From Paecilomyces variotii (taxonomy: Eukaryota), in NCBI GenBank assembly GCA_004022145.1, contig RCNU01000015.1: 64,000 nt of DNA. The stretch is one strand, 5' to 3'. Positions within the stretch are counted from its first letter, which is position 1. The number at the start of each line of letters is the position of its first letter. Both the position numbers and the translations under genes were made by a program. Of this stretch, positions 38,237 to 52,016 are shown in pieces. Under the pieces are notes generated by a model that was not told where the DNA came from, did not search any database, and was given only the letters and a program-made list of their open reading frames with translations.

Positions 38237-41003
38237 ATGTCGAATCCCATGTCATCCACCTCGTATCAGCCGTCGACGGCCGGCTCCAACGTGCCCGCGA
38301 CGACATCCGCCACCCCGATATCCGAACTACCGCAATCCCAAGTCGACGCCATCATCCGGACCAAGAGGAAGGCTCGTGAGCCCAAGGCCTGCTACCCCTG
38401 CCATACGCGCAAGGTGAAATGCGATCGCAACCTGCCCTGCGACGGCTGCGTCAAGCGCGACCACGCCGACCTCTGCTCGTACGAGCGGCCCTCGAAGAAG
38501 CGACAGGTTGCGGCTACGGTATCCCAGACGTTCCTGGAAGGGGGCACTCCCGCTGCACCAGGCGCAGGCGCGAGCGGAGTGGTTGGGGGACTGAATGGGA
38601 CGGCTCCTGTGCATCCCAGCATCGAGACGGCCACGGCTGGCGCCGGCGGAGGTATTGGGGTGCCGGGACGGGTCTCGATACCGCGCGAAGAGTGGGAGAA
38701 TGTGTGTTCCAAGCTGAAGGAGATGGAGCAGACCATCTCCAGTCTCCGGACGGGGCTCGAGCAGATCGATGATGGAGGCCGTGTGCCCACCGCCACGAGC
38801 AGTGCGCGCAATGGAGAGACGGGGACCCGGTCCGAGGTGGTCTCCCCGGATGGCGAAGGTATTCACGCCGCAAACACGCTGGGTGAGGGTACGGTACATC
38901 TGGGATCGCGATCGGTTCTGGCGTACATTCTCAACCGGTCCGGCTCATCCCAGGCGCAAGCGCTCCTCGAGGGTGGTATACTCCCGAAACTCGGTCTCGA
39001 CAATGAATCCGCGACGTATCCCTTCGTGGACCTGTGGTCGTCGGATACGTCGTTCTTTGACGTGAATGCGCTCTGCGGGGCGCTTCCAAGCGATCAGCAG
39101 TGCAAAGAGTTTGTCTCCCGGTCACCTTCTCTGGGGTGTTAGGGGAAAATGTGGTCATTGCTAACGTTCGGACTCGTCCGATTTCGCAGGTTCCTTTACT
39201 TCTACAGAGACATCGGAGGAACGATCTATCCAGTACTGGCCGACGTCGTTGAATTCGAGGAGAAGCTGAATATGTTACTGCATAATCGGTCAGCAGCCGG
39301 GGGAGTATACAAGTCTAATGATAACCAGTCCCAGCGGCCGTTTGGCGTGAGCTTGGCCTATATTGGGCTGCTCTTCGCCGTTCTGGCGTCTGGCTGTCAA
39401 TCGTCCGACTTGCCCAGTAAAGAGCGGGAGTTGACTTCCCAAGTCTACGGTGAGTTGTCCTGCTATGGTATGCAACAATGTTCCATCATCCTAACAACTC
39501 TCCGCAGTATGCTGCTCTTACCAATGCTTGCGCATGACCAATTTCTTATCGCAACCTACGATCGAGGCCATCCAAACGCTTCTTATCATCGGGAATGTAT
39601 TGTCCTACAATATGAATCCCGGTGTCTCCTATGTCCTGCTCGGTATGGGCATTCCATTCTTCTCTCGATTCCCTTTAGAGTTTATCTGACTGTTTGGTAA
39701 TCAGGTATGACGCTCCGCATGGGCTTATCGCTCGGTCTCCACGTGGAGTCTAATCGCTTCTCGCCAAGAGAAAGATACGTCAGGAGACATGTCTGGTAAG
39801 AACAAGATCGAAATCTCAGCAATCTCTTGACTCGAATTGTTGCCAATGAAACTAATGCCATCCAGGTGGTCGATGGCTTGGCAAGACAGCCACTTTTCGC
39901 TATCATACGATAGACCTTCGACAACGGCCGTGGGCCAGCCGGATATCGCTTATCGACCTAACTCCAAGCCAGGCGATCGATCGTACTTTGAGACGCTATG
40001 TCGAATTATTTCGCTGACTCTAGAGGTCGTCAAGGGCCGGATGTTGGCTCCCCACTTTCATATGAACTTCAAAACGATCCAGGCATACAAGGAACGCATC
40101 CAGCAGATCTTGACCGACGCCACCCCTCATCTTCGTGACCGCAAATATTGTCTCACCTCGAAAGATCACCTGGAGTGCCTACAGTTGAAGCTGCACGTCT
40201 CCTACATCACATCGGAACTCTGCCGGCCAGCAGTGAAGCCCACAGCCGACACCAAAGATCCTGCTACCGCCACGATGCGGAGAGACTGTGTTGACAGTCT
40301 GATGATGACCGTGCAGTCGTATATCGAGTTGCATTCTGTCAACTCCCATGCCGCACGCTCCTGGATCAGTCTCCAACGAGCCATCAGCTGTGCGTTTCTT
40401 CTCGCCGTGATTGAAGAATCGAAATCCGATTCCCACGTATGGACTCTTCTTCGCCAGCTTGAGGTCATCATTGCCGATCGGGCGATTGCGGAGGGCGTCT
40501 ACGATCCAAACGAAACACCGACAGGTCGTACGAGCGTAACATCTCCGCCCCAGACCATGGCAACAACAGCACAGCAGAACAGTCACTTTAATACAATCCC
40601 CGGAGTGACGAACACTCCGATATCAAACCTTGACTCAACATCAGTATCAGCATCAGCATCAGCCACCACGGCGGTTCCCGCGTCCGTGGCTGCTGACACC
40701 CAGACACAGTGGGCCAAGCCGCTCACCAAGTCACTGCGGGCGCTCCAGAAGCTCAACGCGGCGTTTAACAACCTGGGATCTCCGACTGGCGGTGCTGGAA
40801 ACGGCTTCCTTGGACCGCCAAACGCTAACCCGGCTGCTGCAGGCATAGCCGGCTACCAGCAAACTGGATCGGCGTCGACAATGACGCCCAGTGTGGGATC
40901 TCTGCCGCCGCCGACCCCGGAAAGCTCGACGAGCGGAGAATGGACGATTCCGAACATCCTCGATAGGGCGTCGGAATATATCCATCCTCCACTTTGGGGT
41001 TGA
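38237..41003 (+). CDS. Zn(II)2Cys6 binuclear-cluster transcription factor with fungal middle-homology region, multi-exon
   Basis: ACYPCHTRKVKCDRNLPCDGCVKRDHADLCSY; coiled-coil linker; MHR-type G...RMGLSLGLH...RRHVWWSMAWQDSHFSLSYDRP; Ser/Thr/Pro-rich C-terminus. Confidence 0.93.
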
Positions 41004-41941
41004 GCAGCTGGTTGTTACAGCTGCAAGAACACGCCTGCGATCAATGTCTGTATGAAATGCTTCGGGTGTCATGGTAGTTTAGAGGCGCAGTGTTCGGTTG
41101 TTCAAAAAAGATTTAGCGGGGCTGGACTCTGGAGTTTCAGGCTCAATGGGCAGTTTATTTCTTTTGCTTTCTGAGGTTATGTCATTGTATACTAAGTCTC
41201 CCAGTGAGACATTCTTTTAGAGGTTATTCGTATAAGCATGGATGGCCTGTTTTTCGATCGAACCTTGTTCGCATGTCCTTTAGCTGAGGCGTTGCTGCGC
41301 TTGCTGATCCATACTGTCGTTTTATCATCATCGTCGTCATCACCATCATTGTCATCATCATTGTTATCATAGTTTAATTCGAGCCAGCTTCGGCGGTAGC
41401 CTCTGAGAGGAAGAATAAAAAATAAAAAATAAACCACTACCAGCCATTACCCCAGCAATAATATTTTCCCTTTGTGTTCTCGAACAAGATTGTCGATCAG
41501 GATAGTCTCTAGAGTTTAGAGTATTGGGTCCCTGACAGTCCCGGTTTCATCTACCTGCAAGGCATTGCTTTGCATAGTAGTAGCACGGCACTATCTGTCT
41601 CCGCGTTATAATATCAGGGTCTGCATTATGCAGAAGAGAAAAAGCTAAGATATAGTTAGAGAAGACGTCGAGACATGATTTAATGTAGCATGTTCTTTTT
41701 GTCTTCATCTTCCACCGGCAACGAACTAGTTATTTATTATATTATATTATGTTACCGCGATGATAGCATCTATTTGAGACTGTGATCTTTTACCCGAGCT
41801 TCTCTTTTCTGTTCTATTTTAAATAAAAATAACCACACCTCCCGAGATCATGCTGCAGGCAGCGGATCAGTTATCATCACCATCATCACCATCATCATCA
41901 ACAACAACAACATCCTCAGACGATATCTTCCTCCCACCACG

Positions 41942-43027
41942 ATGACACCCCTCAGCTATTATCCTCTCTACACGATTCTTCTCCTCAGCAGCATTCCCCA
42001 GACTGTCCGGTCAGAAAATGGGGACTCTTCAAATTCAGACTTCACGATCGTAAATGGCCAGATCTTCACGCCGGGGTTGGCGATTCTTGATTCTCCGCAG
42101 CCTTTTACGCCTTTGGGTGGTGGTGAGTTTTGTCCCAGGATATATATATATATAGCATGCGCATGCGCATATACTCTGTATATTATATTATATTATATTA
42201 TATTATATTATATACCAGACTGAACTGGAATAGTTAACTAACACAATAATATATACAAAACAGACACCCTCCAAATCGCCATCGACATATCCGGCGACGG
42301 CCGCATCCCCCTTTCCAACCCGTCCACATCCCCAACCGTCTTCCACAACATAACCATCTTCCTAACTTCCTACACGACAATCCACAACTTCACCATTTCC
42401 AACAACACCTCTCCTCCTCCCGCAACCACCCCCCCAGCATTCATCGGACCAATTCTATCCCTCGAACCCTCCTCAACAGTCAAACACATCGATTGGTTCT
42501 GGCCCGCTTGTCTAGTCGGTAATGGCGCCCCGCAGTCAACAACAACATCTTCTTCTTCATTGGGAACAGGAACAGGAACAACCTCCGCACGAGGAGAATA
42601 TAATATATCCATCCATCAATCATTCCGATTAAATGGGTCGGAGTTTTATACGGTTTTCGACTTACCGATTAGTGTGACGGATGATATTCCCGAGAGGGCG
42701 GAGAGGGTGGAGTGTCCGTTTTTAGAGAATATTTTGCTTCCACCGGAAGAGATCCGGGCCGGGACGGATACGTTGCCGACGCAGCCTTTTTTAGGGGGTG
42801 GGGTGAGTATTTCATTTTCTGGGACGGGGGCGGGTATGGGGTCATTGGGATCGGGGGAGGGATCGAGTTCGGGGGAGGGTGGTTCTTCTTCTGGGACTGG
42901 GACTGGAGGGAAGGATGGGGATGGAGATCTCACGGCTTTGTTGGCGGAGGGATCGGGGAGGGTGAGATGGAGTACGTCTATGATGGTGTTGGTTGGGGCG
43001 GCTATGTATTTTATTATGCTTCTTTAG
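41942..43027 (+). CDS. Secreted, probably GPI-anchored fungal protein of unknown function, 2 exons
   Basis: Signal peptide; IVNGQIFTPGLAILDSPQPFTPLGG, intron about 42123-42263, then TLQIAIDISGDG...LSLEPSSTVKHIDWFWPACLVG...RGEYNISIHQSFRLNG; Gly/Ser linker and hydrophobic tail MMVLVGAAMYFIMLL. Confidence 0.85.
42140..42213. repeat. Intronic microsatellite block: (AT)n, GCATGCGCATGCGCAT and (TATTA)n
   Basis: Directly visible: atatatatatatagcatgcgcatgcgcatata...tattatattatattatattatattatatta. Confidence 0.8.
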
Positions 43028-43442
43028 CCGGTGGGATTGTTGTTGATGTTTATCTTTATTATAAGGTCACGGTTCTGGTCTATACGAGAAGAATTGATTA
43101 AATATGACACGTTAAGATGTAGAGTATTCCCTCCAAGGTATATGTAACAATGTATGGATGTTCAATGTATGGATGTTCTGACCATAACCCGCTGTGTCGT
43201 TTCTCGTCTAGATCGTAAGCAAATAGCTCTAGATCTATCAGTATTAAATAATGTACCGTTGTCCATGCTCAACATCCACTAGATGCGAGACGACAGCGTC
43301 AAATAAAATGTATATGCAAATAAATGTACCCGAAAGAACAACCGGAAATAGGTATCTCGAGTGGAATCCCGCTGCAACCGCCAACTCCCAAGATGCGATG
43401 CCATGCCATGTGTGTAGGCAGTCTATGGCGTTATCTGAACCG

Positions 43443-44924
43443 TCATACGTACCACTGCGACGACACAGATGTCGAGAACTCATACATCAGACGGCTCTCA
43501 AGCATCACGAACGATTCATAGCGCAGTCCCCTTGCTTTCTGGTCCTTTTCTGACCATAGCGTGACGTTTTGATTGGACACCCTGGCGTATCCGTCGAACA
43601 ACGCCCGCCAGTAGCACGCCTCCGCGGCCTGAGTGAGGTAGCGTTCGCGGAATGTCTTGACGCTGTTGTCGGCAATGCTCTCTGCCAGAGCTGGGTTCGC
43701 GACCAAGGGGTCGATCTTCTCCGCGAGATCGGTGAAGTTGCGCTCGACTTCCACAAAGTTCTGGTTCGGCCCGGATGACACGAGTAGGTAATGATGATGC
43801 TGGATGTACTGAAGCTTATGCGCCACAACCACGGAGCGGCAGGCCTGGCGGTATTTCAGAGATGCGGAGTAAGATCGTCCTAAGTCATCGTGAGAAATTT
43901 TTCCAAGAGAAAAAAAATGCTGGTCATGCTAGATTTTCCTACCTTCGACATGCGCAATGAACATGTAGTGGCAGTGGTCCTCCATCTTAATGACATTCGT
44001 CTTCTTGTACCAATCGATAGGCTTCACGTCGTCCCAAGGCTTCCCCCGAGCGGCGTCCATCAATGCCCGTCGCAATTTCGGAGCAAAACTCGGCTTGCCG
44101 CGCCAGACGAGTTGCTTCTTCTTCTCCGACCAGGGAATATCTAATTTCTTTATTCGATCGACAACCTGGTCGTAGGGACCGATGGTGTTGTAGAGATTAT
44201 CCCATGCCCAGAAGCCAAAATCTGGCATGAGCCAGACTGCCTGCTCCGTCGGCTTCCTCGCGAGGACCCATATGGGATGATCGGGGTCCTCCACCACATC
44301 GTCCACCCTGTCTTCGATGGAGAAGATGAACTCAAGATCAGGCTGGAAAGCTCGATCTGGCGACGCGACCAGCGCGCGATGAATCGAGCTCAGTGTGGCC
44401 ACAATCTTGCGTCGATGATCTTCCCCTTTGGCGCGGGCAGCGACCACGTATAGTTCGCCTTTGTGAATGAACGCGCGGGCCATTCCGTATTGCAGAGGGA
44501 TGGCGTCCAGGTCATCAACGGTAATTCCACCGCGTTCTCTCCAGTAGTTTGTTGCTCGAGACACGTCCTCGAAGAGGCCAGGGAACGCGACCTGACATTG
44601 TGCCCGGTCCAGCCCCTCATTCTGATCATCCCGGCCATACTGGAACTTCCAGTGCGGTTTCGATGGCGCCGGGCCATTGACCGACAGGTCACTGGCCGCG
44701 CAGGACAGACAGCTATCACATTGGAAAATGGTCGAGCTAGTGCAGGTACAATGGCCGGCGGGGATCAACTGGGTCAGGAGCGGTGGGATGCGATCGCGGT
44801 CGGAATTCATACCAAACCACATAACGAAGATGAGCAGGCCGGAGGCGAAGGCGAAGCAGCCCAGCAGGTGAAGGAGGGCGCTGCCCCGTCGCGACGGGAG
44901 CGAGCGCGAGAGAGCATGCATCAT
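43443..44924 (-). CDS. Glycosyltransferase family 90 (CAP10/KDELC-like, DUF821) type II membrane protein, 2 exons
   Basis: N-terminal TM; QCQVAFPGLFEDV, WLMPDFGFWAW, IPWSEKKKQLVWRG, HCHYMFIAHVE|GRSYSASLKYRQAC and AEACYWRALF. Confidence 0.9.
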
Positions 44925-45754
44925 GAAGCCGTACGGACACGGAGATCGTGGGCGTCATCCATCACCGACAGCCTTCGTGGTTCTGGACACCAGGAGGACG
45001 ACCCAGCGCCCTTTAAACCGGCCACGCATTGGAAACACAAAGAACTAAGAAGTGCCTCCCACGCGGCATAGCCGTGGGTACTGCCACGCGTGTGGGGATA
45101 GGAAACGCCAGGAAAAAACCGTCTCCCAGGGGATCAACTGCCCTGATCCTAAAGAAAGACAAGCTTTTGTGGATCTATAGCGGCGGCGCCACATACGCCG
45201 CGTCGTCCAAGCGTCACAGTCCAAAACGGCCCCTGGTGCTGGCGGCAACCTTAAACGGAGAAGGGCTCAGAGATCGTGAAGCGGACTGGACAGCGAAAAC
45301 GCCTGGTGGGAATCAAACGTTGTCAATGACGAAGTCCCAGGCTGGGATGAGACAGATTATTCCCATGTGTGCGGCTCACTCGAGTCTCGAGGTCCAACCG
45401 CCGTCGACAGCGGCTAAGGGAGATTGCACCCTGGCTCGTTCGGACGATCTTCGGGTGCTGTGCGACACTGCCTGTTTCTTGCGTCTTTGGCCTTTGTTTC
45501 TGCAGAGCAGTAAGCTGATCTCAAATGGCTATCTCTTGTAGCTCGATTCGTCTCGTGGTTGTGAGACATACTGTGTCTCTGTTAATTTCCTGGCTAATGC
45601 CAACCGGGGTAGTAGTACTGTGAGTGTGGAGAGGAGTACTGCCGTATGTAGATCGAGATCTGCAGAGCCCATTGTCAATATTATTATATTGATTATGTAT
45701 GTATGTATAGAACAAGTACTGTACAACCATGGCTAATGAGCTGTGCAATGTCGG

Positions 45755-45794
45755 CTGATATTCCTGATATTCCTGATATTCCTGATATTCCTGA
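45755..45794. repeat. 9-bp tandem repeat (CTGATATTC)x4
   Basis: Directly visible: ctgatattcctgatattcctgatattcctgatattcctga. Confidence 0.85.
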
Positions 45795-47718
45795 GCAAAG
45801 CCTCGATCTGCCAGCGTCGGCCAATCAAAGGCGGTGAGATGATCACGGGATAGTAGGCTTGCGTCGTAACACTCTCTCTAGGAACATCCTCCTCGTTATC
45901 TCAACTTGGACAATGACTATATCAATATAGATCCTATTCCTTGCTACTGTATGCAATTCACCTCGTACATCACTGCAACATTGACGAGGACTTCTTTGTT
46001 TCCAGCCTGGCAGGACTGACGCACGCTCAGCCAAGGAGCCATTCTATTTTCTCCCCAAGCAAGCCATCGATGGTTGCGCTGTTAGTCCGAAATATCACTT
46101 GTACACCCATGGCATGTCTAGTCCCGTGGCGGACCATCCTAAAAACAAGCAAGATTTAGCAGCCAGCACATGCAGTGTTCGGGAACAGAGTGCACAAGAA
46201 CGATAACGCCTCTAAATTGCACGACAGAGATGTTGAAGTTGCAATACAACCGCCTGTGTACCTACCACAAGGCTCTGAGGTGCATGCCTCTTGTCAGATA
46301 GATATAGATTCCGGAGACTGGGACACAGCCCCTCAGGCTGACTCAGGCTGACTCAGGCCAGACCGTTTGATATCGACTCGATATGGTTAGAAGGGATCCC
46401 CTTTTCCTCCTAGATATGGAGAATATAAATGACGTGCCTGTGCTACTGCTCGAGCTCCGTGCATGAGTACGTACTACGTCCACCGGCGTCGGGGGTTGAA
46501 CCAGGACTACTCTAGTTCGCTATGTCCCTTCCCCCTTGTGGAGCGCTTAACGGACCGTAGATAGCGCGGCGGATAAACAGGTGGATGAGCCTCCTTAGAG
46601 GGCAAGGTACCATGTGAGTGTTCCACAACATCCTGCGGTTCTTTGTTTCTTCTTTGACACTTTCGACGATCGTTATTAGTCAGATTGTGTACCTGATTAT
46701 TGTAGAGCCCCGTACGACCATTGCGAGTCTTCTTTCAACCATTCAGCCAGAAAGTACTATTGAACAGTTTTCCTTGTTGACGAAGAAAAAATAGGGCCCT
46801 AATCCTCCTTCCCTCATCCTGCCAAGGTCTAGCGGAACGCGGGCGTGATGGCTTTCGTGATCGGCCTCCTTTTATCTCGCGAAACTGCTTGGATTGCTGG
46901 GCAAGTTGGAGTCCCCGCAGACGAGTCGTGCCGATCCCATGGGGGCGAGCGACATGATCAGCCACTGAACCACGCCAGCGGTCTCCGCGTCCCCTGGAAG
47001 GCTTGGGGGAAATCTGGTCTTAGAACGTCTTCGAAGTTCGAACAATCGTCAAGAGGACTGATTTTGATTCCTGGTAGTTGGGATTCCACGGTTTATAAGT
47101 TATACTCCGCGACTTTCTCCGCTAGTCTAGTTAATGGTGCCGGCACCTTGGCTATATGCGACCGTACTCTGCAGGCGTTTATCCGGTGGTTCATCGACTG
47201 TCCAAATTGGATCATTTGACGATCAACGGCAGATCCGGTGGCGGCGTAAAAACGAAACGCCTCGAGCCGTGTGTGTTGAACTTTCCACAAATGGGAAATA
47301 GAGGGAATGTCACATTCACGCACCACTACATAGCCCTTTTTAAGGAGTTCGGGACGGTTCACAACTTGGCGAGCTTCCGCGAAGAGAAATCCATCGAATT
47401 CTAATTACGAAGAACGCAATCATAACCCCATTACGGCCATTACTAAGGACGAAGAACTTGCAGACATAGGCGATTAACGATGAATTTTGGGTCCAAAATC
47501 AGGACGCTCATATCATAATTATTTGATCTCTACGCCTGTAAATGAGGGCCCCTGAGGCCTTTGAGAGATCAGCGAGTGGCAATATTTCAGAGCTACCCAA
47601 ACGCCTCTGACCATGCACCCGGGATAAGCAAATGCTGAAAGTGATTTTCCTCAACGCTGAATGACGAAAGAAGGGCAATGAGTACTATTGCCAGGAAGAA
47701 TAAGACGGACAAACGACA

Positions 47719-50100
47719 TCACTGCCACCGCACATCTCCATGGCGTCCGCGGGTTTGGACGCGCCGTGTAGGACTTCGTCGACTGCCTCGGCTGCGACTC
47801 CCAGGAGGATCCTCCAGTGACTCGAGTTCCAGTGCTTGGCCAGCGTCGTGTCGTCTCGTTGCACGAAGAGGCCGTATTCGAGTAAGTGCTCGATCAAGTA
47901 GACCGTCCGCTTCTTCATCCAGCTCCATTTCCACTTTCTCTTCGAGGGTATTAGATTTCCCTGGAACTCTGGCCTCCGCATCAAGCACGTCATCTGTCCA
48001 TTCCTCCCCAGCATATTGAGTCTCCATTCGTCTGCGTCTAGACGTCTCAGGGCCTCTGTCGAGACCTCTTTCACGAGTGCGGACGGCACTCTTGCCTTTA
48101 CCTTTTCCACTTGTTGACCTCTCAATCATTTCTGGCTTCTCGTGCTCTTCGAGAGCCCAGATTTCCAGCGCACGGGAAAGCAGCGTACCGGCAACTCCTG
48201 CGCCGCCGGCTGCATCACCGCCGCTTGCCCCCAACACGCGGACGGCTTCATGAAGCGCGGTCACAGCATCCATGGTCCGACCTAGTTCAAGGAGGACGAG
48301 GCCTCTAGACGTATGCAGTGATCCAATTAATCCCCGGTCCTCATAGCCACCTACTCCAGATGATGTAGCAACCACACCGCTACCACCGCCAATGGTAGTT
48401 CCGTATCCAGACCCAGCACCACCAGCGCTGACACGGAGGCACTCATCGAATTCCAACAGGGAAGCGTCGAAATGGCCCAGTCGACGTAGGGCGTGCCCTA
48501 AATTCGCTCGTGTCGCCACCCAAGCCCCGGGGTCACACTGTAGGGATGCGGCGAGGGCAAGAGACTGACGGAACAGTTCCACGGCCGCTTCAAGATGATT
48601 CTGGTGATACAAGACAACACCCAGCTCATTCAGCACTAGCGGATCGCCGCCAAGTGGCGGTAACCCCTTTGAAGGGTCAGTAGGTACCGGGAGAGTGCCA
48701 GAAGGCGAGCCAGACGACATCGCGTAGGCGGCACACAGGTATTCATGGGCCAGAGACATGTTATTCAAGGCCAGGTGCTGCATTCCCAAGAACAACTGGG
48801 GTAAGTGACTACCCTGAAAAAGCCGAGCTGCTGTGCTATATGCAGCAATTGCTTGGTCGTGTTCCCCTTCGGCGGCGAATGTATGGGCGAAACCGATCCA
48901 GGCAGGGGCGGAATGAGGGTCCAGTAACGAAGCTTTAGAGAAGAACCGTCGTGCTTCTGCAATCTTTGAGACAGACAGGTAATATGTCCCGATAGCTAGA
49001 TAACTGTAGGATTCCTCCGGCGCATTGTCTGCGAGAGTATGGGCCAGAAGGAACAACGAGTTCGTCGCCCCGGTTTCGTAGAGACACGCGAGATGGAGGG
49101 GGTACACTGAGGGGGAATGTCCCAGGTTCTGGCCGTGGTTGCTTTGCGAAGCTAATACGGACGAGTCGGATGACGATAGAATCGATGAGGTGAGCTCAAG
49201 AGCTTCCACGAATCGACATTGTGTGTAGAGAGCCTCTGCACGAGACAGGAGAATATCGGGATTCTCCGCGAGATTGTAGTGTGTTGAAAGGGTTTCGGTG
49301 GCATCTGACAGGGTCGAAGGAGATGAGTATTTTGAGAGCCTCGTCGTATAGAGCATCTTGGTGAAATGGGCCGCTTCCTGCGCCACAGATGGATCTGCTG
49401 CGATGGAATCGAAGTCCAACGATTCCAGGAAGTCCAACTCTTCAGCCGGGGACATCAGGGAGTTCTTCATGAGCTGGTCAAAAGCCTCGAAGCACTGGAC
49501 GTCGATGCGGACTGCATCTTTGTAGCAGTCCCGTGCTCGATCGAACGCATTCTGTTTTGCATAGCACAAGCCCCGGAGATAGCACATGGCCGCTTCGAAA
49601 CGTATGTTGTTCGCATCCTCCCGCTCCCGCTCTTCACTCCTATCGATGCGATCCGATCGTGACGAAGCCATCTTCCCATTCCGTAACGTGACATGGCTGC
49701 CGTTCAGATGTTGCAACTTGCGCCGGCTGTTGCTGGTGCTGATCAAGTGGGTTGGATTGTGGTCTCCGAGGATAGACAGGGCCTGATCGAATTTATTCTG
49801 TTTGATATAGCAGTGCGCAGCGAGATATCGACAAGAGGTACTTCGTGTGATGAGGTCTTTCCGCGACAGTAATGCTAGGGCTCTGGTGTAGTTGTTATTG
49901 GAGAAATGCACTTGAGCAAGCCAAAAAGCATCGGCATCGCTGTCTGCGTCCAGTTAGTCGACGAGTCCGAAAAAAAGAACCGCACACAGAAACAGGTCCC
50001 TACTTGTTAGCGCAAGCACCTTATCCCCAATATAGATCGCAGACTCATGCTGGCCCCGGTTGAGAGCGTCCTGTCGCCAGGAGCGCAAGAACTTCTCCAT
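47719..50100 (-). CDS. CDC16: Anaphase-promoting complex subunit Apc6 (Cdc16/Cut9), TPR protein, 2 exons
   Basis: MEKFLRSWRQDALNRGQHESAIYIGDKVLALT|...DAFWLAQVHF; DVQCFEAFDQL; ARRFFSKASLLDP.SAPAWIGFAHTFAAEGEHDQAIAAYSTAARLFQGSHLPQLFLGMQH; DPLVLNELGV. Confidence 0.95.
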
Positions 50101-50969
50101 GATTGTTTACCAGGACTTGAGGCAGCGGCGGTGCGATTCATTCGACTCTGGGGACGGGGAGGTCGCGGAGCATCTGCGGAAGAGGGGGGGATGCTGACAC
50201 AATGAGGCGATGTAGATGTAATGCGATGATCCAGACCACAGTCTCATCCCTCCAACTGGCGCTGTGGTGTTCTGGTTGCCCGACTTCTTCGTCGTCGCAG
50301 CGTCGCGTCTTTTCGCAGGCGCGACACTGACGCCGTTTGCCCAGTAACAAAGCACAATAGAGCCCCAGCCTGGACCGTGCGCTCCTCGGCATGCCGAACC
50401 TCCCCCGCTTCTTCCCCGGCTTGTTTTGTTTTGTATACGGATGATGATGATTTACTATCTTACACAATTTTCCGCAAGATAGTACTTTACTGTCTATGGT
50501 AGTTCCTGATTTTATATTTCTTGCCGCCATCTCTATGGAATCAAACTGTGATGAACAAGATAGCTATCAGATGTGTGTGCAGTATGCACTTCATAGATAT
50601 GCGCAGGTCGTCAAGTCTAGGATGTTTCTTTGATTTTCCTTTCTATATGGAATAAGTAAATCGCCTATAGTTTCTTGTTCAATGTAACTTCCAGAATTAA
50701 GTATGCTGATAGAAGTAAATCAAACAACAGCTATCCATCGTGGACCAATCGGAGACAAGCAAATCGATCTCATCACGTGATGCTATTCATCCATCGTGCT
50801 TCTTATCAACTCCGCCACCAGATGATTTAGTACCATATACAACAGCCTCATTCCACCCCACATCTTCCTATCCTAAAGACCGTCGGGATATTCAATAAAT
50901 CGAATATATTGCCCACATTTTTTTCTTCCTTCACTACCCCCGGTCGAAAACACCTGAAAACCAGCCACC

Positions 50970-52016
50970 ATGTCTGAGCGCAAGGTCTTGGTAAGTACTG
51001 CTCCGTACCTGATCATAATCGCTAGAGGAACAGCTAGCTAACATCTCGTTACCCAGACGAAATACTATCCCCCGGACTTCGATCCGTCGGCGATCACGCG
51101 CACGCCGCGTCATCTAAGAGGAACAGGACCGAAGGTAAGAAACGATCGATAATCTTACATGATGCGAATAACAGGCAGAGACTGACTGACTGTCGCGATA
51201 GCTTATGACCGTACGATTGATGGCGCCATTCAGTATGAAATGCATGCATGTGAGTTTTTCCGCTTCCTTCATCCCTTTCTTCCCTCCAAGAAAAGAGGTT
51301 CTTACTCGAGCACAAACTGACTTTGTCTACCTCACCAGTGTGGAGAATACATCTACAAAGGCCGCAAATTCAACGCCCGGAAAGAAACCACCGAGGAGAA
51401 ATATCTCACTATCCCCATCTACCGCTTCTACATCCGCTGTACGCGATGCAGCGGCGAGATCACTTTCAAGACAGATCCGAAGAATATGGACTACCAATGC
51501 GAAAAGGGCGCGAAGCGGAACTTTGAACCCTGGCGAGATTCCAAGGCGGAGAACTACAACGAGACCGAAGAGGAGACGCTAGCTCGATTAGAGAGGGAGG
51601 AGAATGAGGAGCAAGAGCGCCTGGAGCGCGATAAGATGGCGGAGCTGGAGGAGAAGATGCTTGATTCGAAGCGCGAGATGGCTGTTGCGGATGCGCTGGA
51701 CGAGATCCGCACGAGGAATGCGCGTATTGAGCGCGGAGAGGCGCTAGGTTCGGATGTTGCGCTGGCGCATGTGAGAGACGAGGTCAACGAGGCAAAGTTG
51801 AAGGAGGAGCAGGAAATTGAAGAGGCAGCACGAAGAGCATTCATGACTGCTAGTGGGGAGAAAGTGAAGAGGATAGTCGAGGATGAGGTGGACACCACTC
51901 CTGCGACGGAGGAAAAGAAAGAAATGCCCGCACCGTCCTTTGCGCGCGTTAAAAAGCCGAAGAAACAGCCATTCTCGGCCGGTCTTGGTATCAAGAAGAA
52001 GCCGTCTCTCGTATGA
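50970..52016 (+). CDS. YJU2: Pre-mRNA splicing factor Yju2/Cwc16 (CCDC94 family), 4 exons
   Basis: Spliced MSERKVL|TKYYPPDFDPS...|VRLMAPFSMKCMH|CGEYIYKGRKFNARKE...YRFYIRCTRCSGEITFKTDPKNMDY.CEKGAKRNFEPW, followed by a coiled coil. Confidence 0.95.

Noticed and set aside
46735..47420. Short ORFs on both strands between GT90 and CDC16, possibly a gene relic
   Set aside because: No motif or clear exon structure; cannot be supported without a homology search.
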